Shown: piece after piece, positions 18,377-28,841 of the stretch | How the letters are laid out: every line of letters starts with the position of its first letter | Numbering within the stretch: position 1 is the stretch's first letter | Assembly (NCBI GenBank): GCA_003231795.1 | Contig: QIJI01000471.1 | Coordinates: forward strand, 1-32,691 | Direction: 5' to 3' | Source of the DNA: Gammaproteobacteria bacterium | Lineage (GTDB): Bacteria > Pseudomonadota > Gammaproteobacteria > GCA-001735895 | Length of the DNA: 32,691 nucleotides | Made by a program: the position numbers and the translations under genes | Notes under the pieces: generated by a model | Database searches by the model: none | Told to the model about the DNA's origin: nothing | The model's input: only the letters and a program-made list of their open reading frames with translations

Positions 18377-18379
18377 GAA

Positions 18380-18456
18380 GCGCCCGTAGCTCAATTGGAT
18401 AGAGCATCGGCCTTCTAAGCCGAGGGTAGCAGGTTCGAATCCTGCCGGGCGTGCCA
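18380..18456 (+). tRNA. tRNA-Arg (anticodon TCT)
   Basis: Acceptor gcgcccg/cgggcgt, anticodon loop cttctaa, T-arm gcagg-ttcgaat-cctgc, encoded CCA. Confidence 0.9.
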
Positions 18457-18462
18457 AATTAT

Positions 18463-18539
18463 GGTGGGCGTAGCTCAGTTGGTAGAGTGCAAGATTGTGA
18501 TTCTTGTTGTCGTGGGTTCGATCCCCATCGTCCACCCCA
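18463..18539 (+). tRNA. tRNA-His (anticodon GTG)
   Basis: The extra 5' G(-1) pairs with C73 (ggtgggcg/cgtccacc), which is diagnostic of tRNA-His. Anticodon loop ttgtgat, T-arm gtggg-ttcgatc-cccat, encoded CCA. Confidence 0.9.
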
Positions 18540-18626
18540 TTTTCCGGGCGCCTGTAAACAGGCGCTGTAAATGGCGTTTTTAAATGACAGGTGAACTCGA
18601 TTCGATTTATTTGAAAGTTGTTATCT

Positions 18627-18710
18627 GCGAGAGTGGCGGAATTGGTAGACGCGCCAGATTTAGGTTCTGGTATCTTTGATGTGAGAGTTCGAGTCTCTCC
18701 TTTCGCACCA
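18627..18710 (+). tRNA. tRNA-Leu (anticodon TAG), class II with a long variable arm
   Basis: Acceptor gcgagag/ctttcgc (one G.U), anticodon stem ccaga/tctgg with loop tttaggt, a long variable arm, T-arm gagag-ttcgagt-ctctc, encoded CCA. Confidence 0.9.
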
Positions 18711-18782
18711 TTACTTTCTGGAACCGGAAGCCGATATTGTATTTTCCAGAATCCCCGAACAGAATATTACGAGTAACACAAT

Positions 18783-20087
18783 ATGCAAGTATCGATAGAA
18801 ACTCTCGAAGGCCTTGAGCGCAGAATGACGGTACAAATTCCGTCAGAACAGGTGACCGAAGCGGTTGAGAAGAAGCTCAAAGACCTGAGCAAGACAGTTC
18901 GCATTGACGGGTTTCGTCCCGGCAAAGTACCGCTCAAAGTGGTGCAGCAGAAATATGGTGTACCTGTGCGTCAGGAAGTGATCGGGGACGTAATCGAATC
19001 TTCGTATCAGGAAGCCCTGGTGCAGGAGCAGGTTCGCCCTGCCGGAGTGCCCAGCATCGATTCGATCAGCAGTGAAGAAAAAGAAGATGTTTCTTACACC
19101 GCAACTTTCGAAGTGTATCCGGAAGTTGAGGATTTACAGCTCGAATCGATTGAAATCGAAAAGCCGTTGGTAGAAATTACCGATCAGGATTTCGAAGCGA
19201 TGCTGCAAAAGTTACGCGAGCAACGCAAGGGCTGGAAGGAAACCAGGGCAGCGGCCAAAAAAGGCTTCCAGGTGATGGTCGACTTTGAGGGTCGCATAGA
19301 TGGGGAGTTGTTCGAAGGTGGTGCTGGCAAGGATATGCCGATTGAAATCGGGGCAGGCCAGATGTTGCCCGAATTCGAGTCAGGTCTCGAAGGGATCAAG
19401 GTGAACGAGGAGAGGCTTGTCGAGGTAAACTTCCCCGAGGAATATCATGGTGAGGACGTGGCCGGAAAGAAGGCGGAATTCACGTTAAAGGCAAGCAAAA
19501 TTTCCAAACCAGAGCTACCGGAAATAGATGCCGAGTTTGCCAAGGCGTTTGGTATCGAGGACGGTGATCTGGACAAGATGCGCAGCGATATTCGCGCCAA
19601 TATGGAAAAAGAAAAAAACGACCGCCTTAAGTCCCACCTGAAAAATGCCGTGATGACTAAATTGCTGGCAAAAAATTCCATTATTGCACCATCTGCCATG
19701 GTAACCGGGGAAATCAAATCATTACGCGTCCAGGCAGCCGAACGAATGAATAAGGATCCTGCTTCGATGGATGAAGCCAGTTTTCCGAATGAACTGTTTG
19801 CTGAAGAGGCGACTCGGCGGGTACAACTGGGGTTGTTGATTGCTGAAGTTATTCGCAAGGAAGAGATCAAGCTAGATCAGGCGAAGGTTGAATCGGCCAT
19901 CGAAGAAATGGCGGTTTCTTATGAACAACCCGATCAGGTACTCAATTATTATCGCCAAAACAAGCAGGCTCGATCAGGTCTCGAAAGCATGGTACTTGAA
20001 GATCAGGTCGTCGGCCATATCTTGGATAAAGCCAGCGTCACTGAGAAAACTGCCAATTTTGACGATCTGATGAACGGCAAGCTATAG
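18783..20087 (+). CDS. tig: trigger factor
   Basis: [20 protein letters not shown] is a typical Tig N-terminus, followed by GFRPGKVP and an FKBP-type middle domain. Conserved tig-clpP-clpX-lon order. Confidence 0.95.
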   Translation: MQVSIETLEGLERRMTVQIPSEQVTEAVEKKLKDLSKTVRIDGFRPGKVPLKVVQQKYGVPVRQEVIGDVIESSYQEALVQEQVRPAGVPSIDSISSEEKEDVSYTATFEVYPEVEDLQLESIEIEKPLVEITDQDFEAMLQKLREQRKGWKETRAAAKKGFQVMVDFEGRIDGELFEGGAGKDMPIEIGAGQMLPEFESGLEGIKVNEERLVEVNFPEEYHGEDVAGKKAEFTLKASKISKPELPEIDAEFAKAFGIEDGDLDKMRSDIRANMEKEKNDRLKSHLKNAVMTKLLAKNSIIAPSAMVTGEIKSLRVQAAERMNKDPASMDEASFPNELFAEEATRRVQLGLLIAEVIRKEEIKLDQAKVESAIEEMAVSYEQPDQVLNYYRQNKQARSGLESMVLEDQVVGHILDKASVTEKTANFDDLMNGKL

Positions 20088-20112
20088 ACTAATCCAATCT
20101 CCGGGTATCGCA

Positions 20113-20787
20113 ATGCAAGATAATCGAATCAAATCCGAAATAGTATCCATCATGCCTCAGCAGGTGGATACTCAAGCCAACCTGGTACCGATGGTAGTAG
20201 AGCAATCTGCCCGTGGCGAGCGTGCTTACGATATTTACTCTCGCTTGCTCAAAGAGCGGGTGATATTCGTGGTCGGACCCATTGAGGACCATATGGCGAA
20301 CCTGATTGTTGCCCAATTGTTGTTCCTGGAATCGGAAAATCCGGATAAGGATATCTCGCTGTACATCAACAGCCCCGGTGGTTCGGTAACTGCAGGACTT
20401 GCAATTTATGACACCATGCAATTCATCAAACCCGATGTCAGTACATTGTGTACGGGTCAGGCTGCCAGTATGGGAGCGATTCTACTGGTCGGAGGTAGCG
20501 CCGGTAAACGTTATGGACTGCCGCATTCACGAGTGATGATTCATCAGCCACTAGGCGGTTTTCAGGGGCAGGCCAGCGATTTTGAAATCCACGCCAAAGA
20601 AATTCTAGCGGTTCGTTCGCGAATGAACAAGTTACTCGCTCATCACACCGGTAAAAAAGAAATTACGATCAACAAGGACACCGAACGTGATAATTTCATG
20701 AGCGCCGATGAGTCGGTCGAATACGGAATTATCGATCAAGTTTTAACCTCACGTGCCGAACCAGAAGGGAAAGGCGCCTCAGAATAG
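20113..20787 (+). CDS. clpP: ATP-dependent Clp protease proteolytic subunit ClpP
   Basis: [29 protein letters not shown], active-site Ser context GQAASMGA, and His in MIHQPLGG. An alternative start at 20152 cannot be excluded. Confidence 0.93.
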   Translation: MQDNRIKSEIVSIMPQQVDTQANLVPMVVEQSARGERAYDIYSRLLKERVIFVVGPIEDHMANLIVAQLLFLESENPDKDISLYINSPGGSVTAGLAIYDTMQFIKPDVSTLCTGQAASMGAILLVGGSAGKRYGLPHSRVMIHQPLGGFQGQASDFEIHAKEILAVRSRMNKLLAHHTGKKEITINKDTERDNFMSADESVEYGIIDQVLTSRAEPEGKGASE

Positions 20788-20906
20788 AAGAAGTTCTCAT
20801 ATTCAAACTGTGAAACGCTATTCAAAAAAGGTTATTTTCGGTTGTGCTTGGCGGCGGCGTCTAATATTATTAAATCAATAAGGTACGATTAATCGGTAGT
20901 TTTGGT

Positions 20907-22178
20907 ATGAGTGACGATAGATCAAAAAATAAGGACGAAAAACTGCTTTATTGCTCATTTTGCGGTAAAAGTCAGCATGAAGTAAGAAAGTTGATCGCGG
21001 GACCTTCGGTGTTTATCTGCGATGAATGTGTTGACCTATGTAACGATATTATCAGGGAAGAAATTCATGAAAACGGCGAGGATATCGAGAGCAAACTGCC
21101 GATACCGCATGATATTTTCGAGGTTCTTGATGAATATGTTATCGGACAGGAGCGCGCCAAAAAGGTATTGGCAGTCGCGGTGTACAATCACTACAAACGT
21201 CTTGAAGTAGGTCACGTCAAAGACGACATCGAACTTTCAAAATCCAATATACTACTCATTGGGCCTACCGGTTCCGGTAAGACATTATTAGCCGAAACAC
21301 TTGCACGTTTACTCAATGTACCGTTTGCCATAGCTGATGCAACGACGCTGACGGAAGCGGGATATGTCGGCGAAGACGTTGAAAATATCATCCAGAAGCT
21401 GTTACAGAAGTGTGACTATGACGTTGAGAAGGCTCAGACCGGAATTGTATATATCGATGAAATCGACAAGATTTCACGCAAATCCGATAACCCGTCGATT
21501 ACGCGCGATGTATCCGGTGAAGGTGTCCAGCAAGCTTTGTTGAAGCTGATTGAAGGCACGATCGCTTCAGTTCCGCCACAGGGTGGGAGAAAGCATCCGC
21601 AGCAGGAATTTTTACAAGTTGATACCGGGAAAATACTGTTTGTGTGTGGCGGCGCATTTGCAGGGCTCGATAAGGTGATCCTGAACCGTTCTGAAAAAGG
21701 CGGAATCGGGTTTGGCGCGGACGTTAAAAGTAAGGATAAAAGAGATCAGTTCGGCGAGGTCATTAGCAAAGTCGAGCCTGAAGATTTGATCAAGTATGGC
21801 TTAATCCCCGAATTTGTCGGGCGCCTGCCAGTGGTAGCAACGCTTGAAGAGCTGGATGAAGAGGCGTTGATTAAAATTCTGACCCAGCCCAAGAATGCGA
21901 TCACCAAACAATATCAGAAAATGTTTGAAATCGAAGGATGTGAAATCGAGTTTCGCGTCGATTCACTGGCCGCAGTAGCCAAGAAAGCAATGGAGCGTAA
22001 AACCGGTGCCAGAGGATTGCGTACTATCCTCGAAAATACCTTGTTGGAAATTATGTACGATTTACCCGCGATGGAAAATGTCAGCAAGGTCGTGGTTGAC
22101 GCTGCGGTTATCGAAGGTCATGCCCAGCCCTATGTAATTTATGAAGGCGGAGAAATGCAGCGCGTGGCTTCTGACTAA
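20907..22178 (+). CDS. clpX: ATP-dependent Clp protease ATP-binding subunit ClpX
   Basis: N-terminal zinc-binding domain ([11 protein letters not shown]...CDECV), Walker A GPTGSGKT, Walker [10 protein letters not shown]. Confidence 0.95.
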   Translation: MSDDRSKNKDEKLLYCSFCGKSQHEVRKLIAGPSVFICDECVDLCNDIIREEIHENGEDIESKLPIPHDIFEVLDEYVIGQERAKKVLAVAVYNHYKRLEVGHVKDDIELSKSNILLIGPTGSGKTLLAETLARLLNVPFAIADATTLTEAGYVGEDVENIIQKLLQKCDYDVEKAQTGIVYIDEIDKISRKSDNPSITRDVSGEGVQQALLKLIEGTIASVPPQGGRKHPQQEFLQVDTGKILFVCGGAFAGLDKVILNRSEKGGIGFGADVKSKDKRDQFGEVISKVEPEDLIKYGLIPEFVGRLPVVATLEELDEEALIKILTQPKNAITKQYQKMFEIEGCEIEFRVDSLAAVAKKAMERKTGARGLRTILENTLLEIMYDLPAMENVSKVVVDAAVIEGHAQPYVIYEGGEMQRVASD

Positions 22179-22212
22179 TAGACCTCATCTGGCGCAGGCT
22201 TTGAGAGGTCGG

Positions 22213-22240
22213 GTTGAAATTTTATTTTTGACTCCCATAT
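22213..22240 (+). promoter_or_regulatory. sigma-32 (heat-shock) type promoter for lon
   Basis: gttgaaa (22213-22219), a 13-nt spacer, then tcccatat (22233-22240). This matches the sigma-32 consensus CTTGAAA-N13-15-CCCCATNT as I recall it. It lies 30 nt upstream of the lon ATG. Confidence 0.55.
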
Positions 22241-22269
22241 AAACTCGAAATGTAAGCTTTGAGGCATTA

Positions 22270-24708
22270 ATGTCGGACGATCAGAACAAACCCCTGGCGG
22301 AACAGCAGGAAAGGCAGTTGATTCCGGTATTACCACTGCGCGACGTAGTGGTGTATCCGCACATGGTGATTCCATTATTTGTCGGTCGCGAGAAATCCAT
22401 TCTTGCGCTTGAAGCAGCAATGTCCGACAACAAGAAAATTCTGTTACTGGCACAAAAAAATGCCGAGGTCGACGACCCGGAACAGACTGATCTGTATCAG
22501 ATAGGCACGCTATCTACCATCCTGCAAATGCTCAAACTGCCCGACGGCACTATCAAGGTGCTGGTCGAAGGTGGTGATCGGGTCATTGTCGACAGTTTAC
22601 TGGCAACCAACGAATATTATTCGGCCTCGATCCAGGTGATCGAGAAATCAAATCTGGTCGATGACCGGGAAGCCGAAGTTCTGCTGCGTTCGGTGATGAA
22701 TCTATTCGACCAGTACGTCAAATTAAACAAGAAAGTACCACCTGAGATATTGACTTCACTTTCGGGAATTGATGATCCAAGCCGACTCGCCGACACCATT
22801 GCTGCGCATATGTCGCTTAAGCTGGATGAAAAACAGGAAATTCTGGAGATTCAGGATCCGAGGGAACGAATCGAGCACATCATGAGCAAGATCGAAGGTG
22901 AAATCGATTTGATGCAAATTGAGAAACGAATCCGTGGCCGCGTCAAACAGCAGATGGAAAAGAGTCAGCGTGAGTACTATCTGAATGAGCAAATGAAAGC
23001 GATTCAAAAAGAACTCGGTGATATGGATGACGCGCCAAATGAAGTCGATGATCTGCAAAACAAGATTGAAGCGTCAGGAATGCCGAAGGAAGCTCGGGAA
23101 AAGGCCGATTCGGAGCTTAGTAAGCTTAAAATGATGTCGCCCATGTCGGCAGAAGCAACTGTGGTACGCAACTATATTGATTGGCTGGTCAGTGTACCCT
23201 GGAAAAAGAAGTCGAAAATTCGGCGTGATCTGGCACAGGCGGAACAAGTGCTGGAAGAAGATCACTACGGTCTGGAAAAGGTGAAGGAGCGTATCCTGGA
23301 GTATCTCGCGGTGCAGCAGCGGGTGCGCAAGCTAAAGGGCCCTATTTTGTGCCTGGTGGGGCCACCCGGTGTCGGTAAAACATCCTTGGGTCGTTCCATT
23401 GCGCGTGCTACGAATCGCAAGTTCTCCCGTATGTCGCTTGGCGGGGTGCGTGATGAATCCGAAATCAGGGGTCACCGTCGCACCTATATTGGATCGATGC
23501 CGGGTAAAATTATCCAGAATCTAGCCAGGGCCAAAGTCAGGAACCCGCTGTTTCTGCTTGATGAAATCGACAAGATGGCGATGGACTTTCGCGGCGATCC
23601 AGCATCGGCATTGCTGGAAGTTCTTGATCCAGAGCAAAACAACACTTTTGCAGATCATTATATGGAAGTCGAGTTTGATCTGTCAGATACCATGTTTGTC
23701 GCAACCTCTAATAGCATGAATATTCCAGGTCCGTTGCTTGATCGGATGGAAGTCATCCGAATACCGGGTTATACCGAAGATGAGAAATTAAATATTGCGC
23801 TTAAGTATTTGATTCCAAAACAGATCAAGGAGAACGGACTCAAGCCGGAAGAAATTGATATTAAAGAAAGCGCGGTAAGCGAAATTATTCAACGCTACAC
23901 TCGTGAAGCGGGTGTGCGTAATCTCGAGCGTGAAATATCCAAAATCTGCCGTAAGTCAGTAAAAGCCATGTTACTGAAGCCGAGCACTAAAAAACTGACC
24001 ATCAGCGCTAAAAATATTGAAAAATATCTTGGCGTTAAACGATTCCGTTATGGTTCGGCCGATGCGCGTGATCAGGTTGGACAGGTTACCGGTCTGGCCT
24101 GGACTGAAGTCGGTGGAGAATTATTGACCATCGAATCAGCGGTGGTCCAGGGCAAGGGCAAGTTTGTCCAAACCGGTCAACTTGGCGATGTAATGAAAGA
24201 ATCGATACAGGCGGCAATGACCGTAGTTCGTAGTCGAGCCGATGTTCTTGGTGTCAAGCCGGATTTTAACGAAAATAAAGATATTCATATTCATGTTCCG
24301 GAAGGAGCGACTCCGAAGGACGGCCCGAGTGCAGGGGTCGGTATGTGCACCGCGTTAGTATCGGCATTGACCAAAATTCCTGTTAAAGCCGAGGTCGCAA
24401 TGACCGGAGAGATTACGCTAAGAGGCGAGGTTTTACCGATCGGAGGGCTGAAGGAAAAATTACTGGCTGCACATCGTGGTGGTATTACCAAGGTATTAAT
24501 TCCTGAAGAAAATGCCAAAGATCTGGCCGAAATCCCCGATAATATCAAGGCTAAACTTGAAATTATCCCGGTACGCTGGATAGATCAGGTGCTTGATGTG
24601 GCGCTAGCTCATCCCCCTACGCCGCTGAGTAAGGGTGCCGAGACCGTTGCGGATACGCCGAAATCGAAAGAAAAAGAGAAAAAGTCGTCCAGAGTCAGGG
24701 CGCATTAA
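22270..24708 (+). CDS. lon: endopeptidase La (Lon protease)
   Basis: N-terminal LON domain ([20 protein letters not shown]), Walker [10 protein letters not shown], Walker [10 protein letters not shown], and the proteolytic Ser motif PKDGPSAG. Confidence 0.95.
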   Translation: MSDDQNKPLAEQQERQLIPVLPLRDVVVYPHMVIPLFVGREKSILALEAAMSDNKKILLLAQKNAEVDDPEQTDLYQIGTLSTILQMLKLPDGTIKVLVEGGDRVIVDSLLATNEYYSASIQVIEKSNLVDDREAEVLLRSVMNLFDQYVKLNKKVPPEILTSLSGIDDPSRLADTIAAHMSLKLDEKQEILEIQDPRERIEHIMSKIEGEIDLMQIEKRIRGRVKQQMEKSQREYYLNEQMKAIQKELGDMDDAPNEVDDLQNKIEASGMPKEAREKADSELSKLKMMSPMSAEATVVRNYIDWLVSVPWKKKSKIRRDLAQAEQVLEEDHYGLEKVKERILEYLAVQQRVRKLKGPILCLVGPPGVGKTSLGRSIARATNRKFSRMSLGGVRDESEIRGHRRTYIGSMPGKIIQNLARAKVRNPLFLLDEIDKMAMDFRGDPASALLEVLDPEQNNTFADHYMEVEFDLSDTMFVATSNSMNIPGPLLDRMEVIRIPGYTEDEKLNIALKYLIPKQIKENGLKPEEIDIKESAVSEIIQRYTREAGVRNLEREISKICRKSVKAMLLKPSTKKLTISAKNIEKYLGVKRFRYGSADARDQVGQVTGLAWTEVGGELLTIESAVVQGKGKFVQTGQLGDVMKESIQAAMTVVRSRADVLGVKPDFNENKDIHIHVPEGATPKDGPSAGVGMCTALVSALTKIPVKAEVAMTGEITLRGEVLPIGGLKEKLLAAHRGGITKVLIPEENAKDLAEIPDNIKAKLEIIPVRWIDQVLDVALAHPPTPLSKGAETVADTPKSKEKEKKSSRVRAH

Positions 24709-24743
24709 AGCAGTTAAGATCAACGATTGGATTCTCTGCAGTA

Positions 24744-25034
24744 TAGTGGTCGAACAACCAAGGTTTGATGGATACAGCGCGACGTGAAGCGGTTAGTCGC
24801 GCGACGCGCCTTGCAGGCAATGGCCCGGTCCTTGTCAAAAGGCGCACCAAAAGTAGGCGCCCTGAGGCGACAAAGCGAATGACCGCTTCACGCCTCGCCC
24901 GTAGGGAGCGTCCCAGGTGACCTGGCACTGCGTTACAACCCTTGAAAAGGGCATGCCATTTCCTGCGGGCTGCGCCTTGTTCCAGGTCTCCTGGGACGCT
25001 CTGTATCCATCAAACCTTGGTTGTTCGACCACTA
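24744..25034 (-). mobile_element. MITE-like, TIR-bounded structured element, copy 2 (291 nt), inverted relative to copy 1
   Basis: Perfect 34-bp TIR (24744-24777 against 25001-25034). The reverse complement aligns end to end with 7284-7551, apart from a 23-nt insertion (about 24847-24869) and scattered substitutions. Confidence 0.8.
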
Positions 25035-25274
25035 GAATGTACCAAGTTTTAATCCAACAGCCGCTGGATCAGAAAATTATGAGACTTTTTTTGACCTTTT
25101 GTCCTTTTTAGGTTGACCCTAAAGCGTGCTGTTGGTTTAATTCGACGCTCTGGACGGGGGAATTCGCGGGCGATAATTGCTCAAGCGCAACAATAACAAG
25201 CAAGATCAGACTTGTGTTGCCTGTCCGTCCTTCGGGCTATAAATATATAAACTTAACCAAATGGAAAAAATCAA

Positions 25275-25547
25275 ATGAATAAATCCGAATTGATTGATGC
25301 TGTTGCAAATGCTGCAGACATGAGTAAAGCAGATTCTTCTCGTGCTGTAGACGGAGTAATCGCAGCAGTGACCGAAGCGCTCAAATCAGGCGATCAGGTA
25401 ACCATCGTCGGCTTTGGAACCTTCCTTGTTCGCCACCGCGAAGCACGTGCAGGACGCAATCCCCGCACCGGTGAAACTATCCAGATCAAGGCTTCTAATG
25501 TACCCGCATTTAAGGCTGGCAAAGCATTAAAAGACGCAGTAAACTAG
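25275..25547 (+). CDS. hupB: DNA-binding protein HU-beta
   Basis: [11 protein letters not shown]...[18 protein letters not shown] is the canonical HU fold. Position after lon is conserved. Confidence 0.95.
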   Translation: MNKSELIDAVANAADMSKADSSRAVDGVIAAVTEALKSGDQVTIVGFGTFLVRHREARAGRNPRTGETIQIKASNVPAFKAGKALKDAVN

Positions 25548-25567
25548 CGCCCTTTTTTGCCCACACC

Positions 25568-25643
25568 GGGTGCTTAGCTCAGCTGGGAGAGCATCGCCCT
25601 TACAAGGCGAGGGTCGGCGGTTCGATCCCGTCAGCACCCACCA
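25568..25643 (+). tRNA. tRNA-Val (anticodon TAC)
   Basis: Acceptor gggtgct/agcaccc, anticodon loop cttacaa, T-arm ggcgg-ttcgatc-ccgtc, encoded CCA. Confidence 0.9.
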
Positions 25644-25648
25644 TATCA

Positions 25649-25725
25649 GGAGTGGTAGTTCAGTTGGTTAGAATACCGGCCTGTCACGCCGGTGGTCGCG
25701 GGTTCGAGTCCCGTCCACTCCGCCA
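25649..25725 (+). tRNA. tRNA-Asp (anticodon GTC)
   Basis: Acceptor ggagtgg/ccactcc, anticodon stem ccggc/gccgg with loop ctgtcac, T-arm gcggg-ttcgagt-cccgt, encoded CCA. Confidence 0.9.
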
Positions 25726-25730
25726 TCCTT

Positions 25731-25766
25731 GAATGCGCTCCGGACAGAGCGCTTCATTTTATTTTT
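25731..25766 (+). terminator. rho-independent terminator after tRNA-Asp
   Basis: Stem gcgctc (25735-25740) pairs with gagcgc (25747-25752), loop cggaca, with partial extension, followed by ttcattttattttt. Confidence 0.6.
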
Positions 25767-25791
25767 CTCTTTGATGATGACCTGCTTATAA

Positions 25792-27681
25792 ATGCTGCTA
25801 GCAATTCGTGAAAAAGTATCGGGATGGCTTGCCTATGGCATCATCTTTCTAATCAGTATCCCATTCGCGCTGTTCGGTGTGAATTCGTATTTCGGTGGTG
25901 GTGCAGTTTCCCCGGCGGCAACCGTCAACGGTGAAGAAATAAGTCTGCGTGATTTCGATCGGGAATATGCAAATTACCGCCAGCGGCTTGCACGTCTGTT
26001 TGGTGGAACTATACCGGATTCTTTTGACAATGAGACAGCACTACGCCAGCAGGTTTTGAGTCAATTGGTTGAGAATATCGTGCTTCAACAATATACCGAG
26101 GAACGTTATTATCGAATCAGCGATGAGGCGCTCAGCCGAATCATTCGCGAAATGCAGGAATTCCACAGCAATGGGCAGTTTGATACTGATACCTACCAGG
26201 CACAATTGCGTTCGATTGGTGCCTCACCTTTAGGATTTGAGCAAAGACTCAGACAAAGCCAGGCAATGAGTCAATTTCAGAACGGAATACAGGCAACTGC
26301 ATTTGCAGTCCCCGTGCAGGAGAAGTGGTTTGCCAGTTTGAACAGTCAATCTCGCAAAATCCGTTCGCTTAATTACAGTGTTGGCCCAGGCGGGATAATG
26401 GTTGATGCGCAAGACATAGAACAACGCTACCAGTTAACGCCGGATAGGTTTCGTACCTCTGAGAAAATTAAAATTGAATATATTGAGATTAATCTGGCCA
26501 GCATTACAGAGAGAATCAGCGTCGATCGGGAAAATAGCTATGCGCGCTATCAGGAAAGTCTCGAGGCCTATTCCAGTCCGGAGGTGCGTGACGCCAGCCA
26601 TATACTGATTCAGGTTTCGGGCGAGGAGAATGAACAGGCACTAGCGCAAATAACCCGGATTCGTGAGCGTCTTGATAATGGTGAAAGTTTTGCCGACCTG
26701 GCACGGGAACATTCGCAGGATACAGGCTCTGCCGGGGATGGCGGTAGTCTTGGTGAAGTTGAGCGCGGCATCATGGCACAGGCTTTTGAGACATCTTTAT
26801 TTTCACTGCAGCCAGGGCAGATAAGTGAGCCGGTGAAGACAAATTTTGGCTGGCATTTAATTCAATTGCATAGTGTTAGCGGGGGTGAAGCCCAATCCTT
26901 CGAGTCTGTCAGAGCAGAGATAGAAGACGAAATTAGAGCCGGACTCGCCGAAGGGCAGATTTTTGAAATAGTGGAGACTCTGGCGAACCTGGTTTACGAA
27001 CAATCAGATTCACTGTTGGCGGCAGCCGAACAGCTCGATCTGGAAATTGAAACCAGCGACTGGTTTGAACGTTCTTCCGGAGAGGGTATCGCCGCTCAAC
27101 AAAAAGTTAGACAGGCTGCATACTCTGCCGAGGTGTACCAGTTGGGTCTCAATAGTGAGGCCATAGAACTCGGTGACGAATCCGTTGTCTTTATCCGTCT
27201 CAAGCAAGTTAAAAAATCCGAGTTGCAACCGCTAGAGCAGGTCAGCGATCAAATTCGAAACGAATTGATTCGGAGTAAAACACAGGAACAGAATCTGGCT
27301 GCAGGCACGAGTGCACTTTTGGCATTAAAACAGGGTAAGAGTCTGGAGCAACTTGCGAACGACTGGTCATCCTCTATTGTTGACCACGGGTTTGTTGCGC
27401 GTGATCAGGCTGAAGTAGATAACCTGATAAAAAGAACTGCGTTCAGAATGCCTAAACCGGATCAGGGGATGGAATACGAAGGGCTACCTCAGCCTGATGG
27501 TAGCTACAGTATTGTCGAATTGTCGGCTGTTATCAGTAATGATTTTGGTGCCGACGATGACTTGCTGGAAGGCATGAGCAGTGCCAATGCGGAAGCAGAT
27601 TACCAATCCGTCTTGAAACTGCTAAGTAGCCGTGCCGAGGTAATACAAACTCCGCTTGAAGACCTCGATTTTCTTAACTAG
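25792..27681 (+). CDS. ppiD: periplasmic chaperone / peptidyl-prolyl isomerase PpiD
   Basis: N-terminal membrane anchor (WLAYGIIFLISIPFALFGV), a SurA-like N-domain and a parvulin domain (ASHILI...FADLAREHSQDTGSAGDGGSLGEV...GWHLIQL). Position after hupB is conserved. Confidence 0.9.
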   Translation: MLLAIREKVSGWLAYGIIFLISIPFALFGVNSYFGGGAVSPAATVNGEEISLRDFDREYANYRQRLARLFGGTIPDSFDNETALRQQVLSQLVENIVLQQYTEERYYRISDEALSRIIREMQEFHSNGQFDTDTYQAQLRSIGASPLGFEQRLRQSQAMSQFQNGIQATAFAVPVQEKWFASLNSQSRKIRSLNYSVGPGGIMVDAQDIEQRYQLTPDRFRTSEKIKIEYIEINLASITERISVDRENSYARYQESLEAYSSPEVRDASHILIQVSGEENEQALAQITRIRERLDNGESFADLAREHSQDTGSAGDGGSLGEVERGIMAQAFETSLFSLQPGQISEPVKTNFGWHLIQLHSVSGGEAQSFESVRAEIEDEIRAGLAEGQIFEIVETLANLVYEQSDSLLAAAEQLDLEIETSDWFERSSGEGIAAQQKVRQAAYSAEVYQLGLNSEAIELGDESVVFIRLKQVKKSELQPLEQVSDQIRNELIRSKTQEQNLAAGTSALLALKQGKSLEQLANDWSSSIVDHGFVARDQAEVDNLIKRTAFRMPKPDQGMEYEGLPQPDGSYSIVELSAVISNDFGADDDLLEGMSSANAEADYQSVLKLLSSRAEVIQTPLEDLDFLN

Positions 27682-27738
27682 TTGTTCGACCCCTGGCTTA
27701 AGCAAACTCAAGTTCGATAACTATTTTCCGGCGGCCGG

Positions 27739-28524
27739 TTAGTCTAGTACACCCATGCTTACAATATTGTAACCGGAATCGACGTAGATATTTTCGCCAG
27801 TAATTCCTGCGGCCAGATCTGAACATAAAAATGCACCGGTATTACCGACGTCATCGATCGTTACGTTGCGGCGTAAAGGTGAGTTATGTTTAACTTCATC
27901 AAGAATCATTTTAAAACTTCCGATACCGGCTGACGCCAGTGTTTTGATCGGTCCGGCTGAAATTGAATTGACCCGAATTCCCTCAGGGCCCAGTGCTGCA
28001 GCAAGATAGCGCACGTTTGCTTCAAGGCTGGCTTTAGCTACACCCATTATATTGTAATTAGGCAGGGCACGTTCTGAGCCAAGATAGGTCATGGTTATGA
28101 TTGCGCCATTGGTATTTTGCATCATGGATCGTCCTGCCTTGGCCATGGCAGCCAGGCTATAAGAGCTGATATCGTGGGCCATCCGAAAACCTTCGCGATC
28201 CAGATTTTCCAGGTAATCACCTGCCAGGGCTTCACGTGGAGCAAATGCGATTGAATGAACGAGAGCGTCCAGCGAGTCCCAATGTTTACCGAGAAGTTCA
28301 AACAAACCGGTAATGTCGTCGTCATTTGCCACGTCGCAGGGCAAAACTATTTGGGAGCCAAGCTCGGCGGCAAACTTTTCTACCCGCGCTTTTAATTTGT
28401 CATTGGGATAACTGAAAGCAAGTTCTGCTCCTTCCCGGTGCATTGCCTTGGCAATGCCATAAGCGATGGATCGATTACTGGCAATGCCAGCAACCAGGGC
28501 TTTTTTGCCGGTTAGAAATCCCAT
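27739..28524 (-). CDS. fabI: enoyl-[acyl-carrier-protein] reductase (NADH) FabI
   Basis: [25 protein letters not shown], active-site Tyr/Lys context ([12 protein letters not shown]), [13 protein letters not shown]. Confidence 0.95.
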   Translation of the reverse strand: MGFLTGKKALVAGIASNRSIAYGIAKAMHREGAELAFSYPNDKLKARVEKFAAELGSQIVLPCDVANDDDITGLFELLGKHWDSLDALVHSIAFAPREALAGDYLENLDREGFRMAHDISSYSLAAMAKAGRSMMQNTNGAIITMTYLGSERALPNYNIMGVAKASLEANVRYLAAALGPEGIRVNSISAGPIKTLASAGIGSFKMILDEVKHNSPLRRNVTIDDVGNTGAFLCSDLAAGITGENIYVDSGYNIVSMGVLD

Positions 28525-28841
28525 GAGTACTCCCGAAAAATAAAAAGCATTTTGTCAGCGTAGCAGGTTTCGTGCAATCTTTAATCTGGAGTCCGGCGCG
28601 CGATAAAGGGAAAACCGGGTTCACAGGTCTCGATAGGTTACATTCCACCGGATTATTCGAATGAGCCTGATCTATATAAAGCGACAATGTTGGCTCTGAT
28701 TACGAAAATAAGGCCTGTTAAAAAAGGTAAGACGATTCAGTGCTTATATCGAATGTAGGAATATAGTATCTGGATTTATCATTTTTTGAGATATATTGTC
28801 TGGGCTATATTGAGCGGCCATTAATGCTGCGAAGCTTTACT

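Noticed and set aside
17856-18535. ORFs of 61-105 aa on the minus strand across the tRNA cluster.
   Set aside because: They overlap hand-verified tRNA-Pro, tRNA-Arg and tRNA-His genes and the structured spacer, and have no coding features.
22181-22210. Hairpin gacctc...gaggtc after clpX as a possible terminator.
   Set aside because: The stem is short and bulged, with no adjacent T-run. The nearby T-rich stretch belongs to the spacer of the sigma-32-like lon promoter.
24695-25111. Three 64-77-aa ORFs overlapping repeat copy 2.
   Set aside because: Same reasoning as for copy 1. They are shadows of the structured repeat and are not conserved in frame between the copies.
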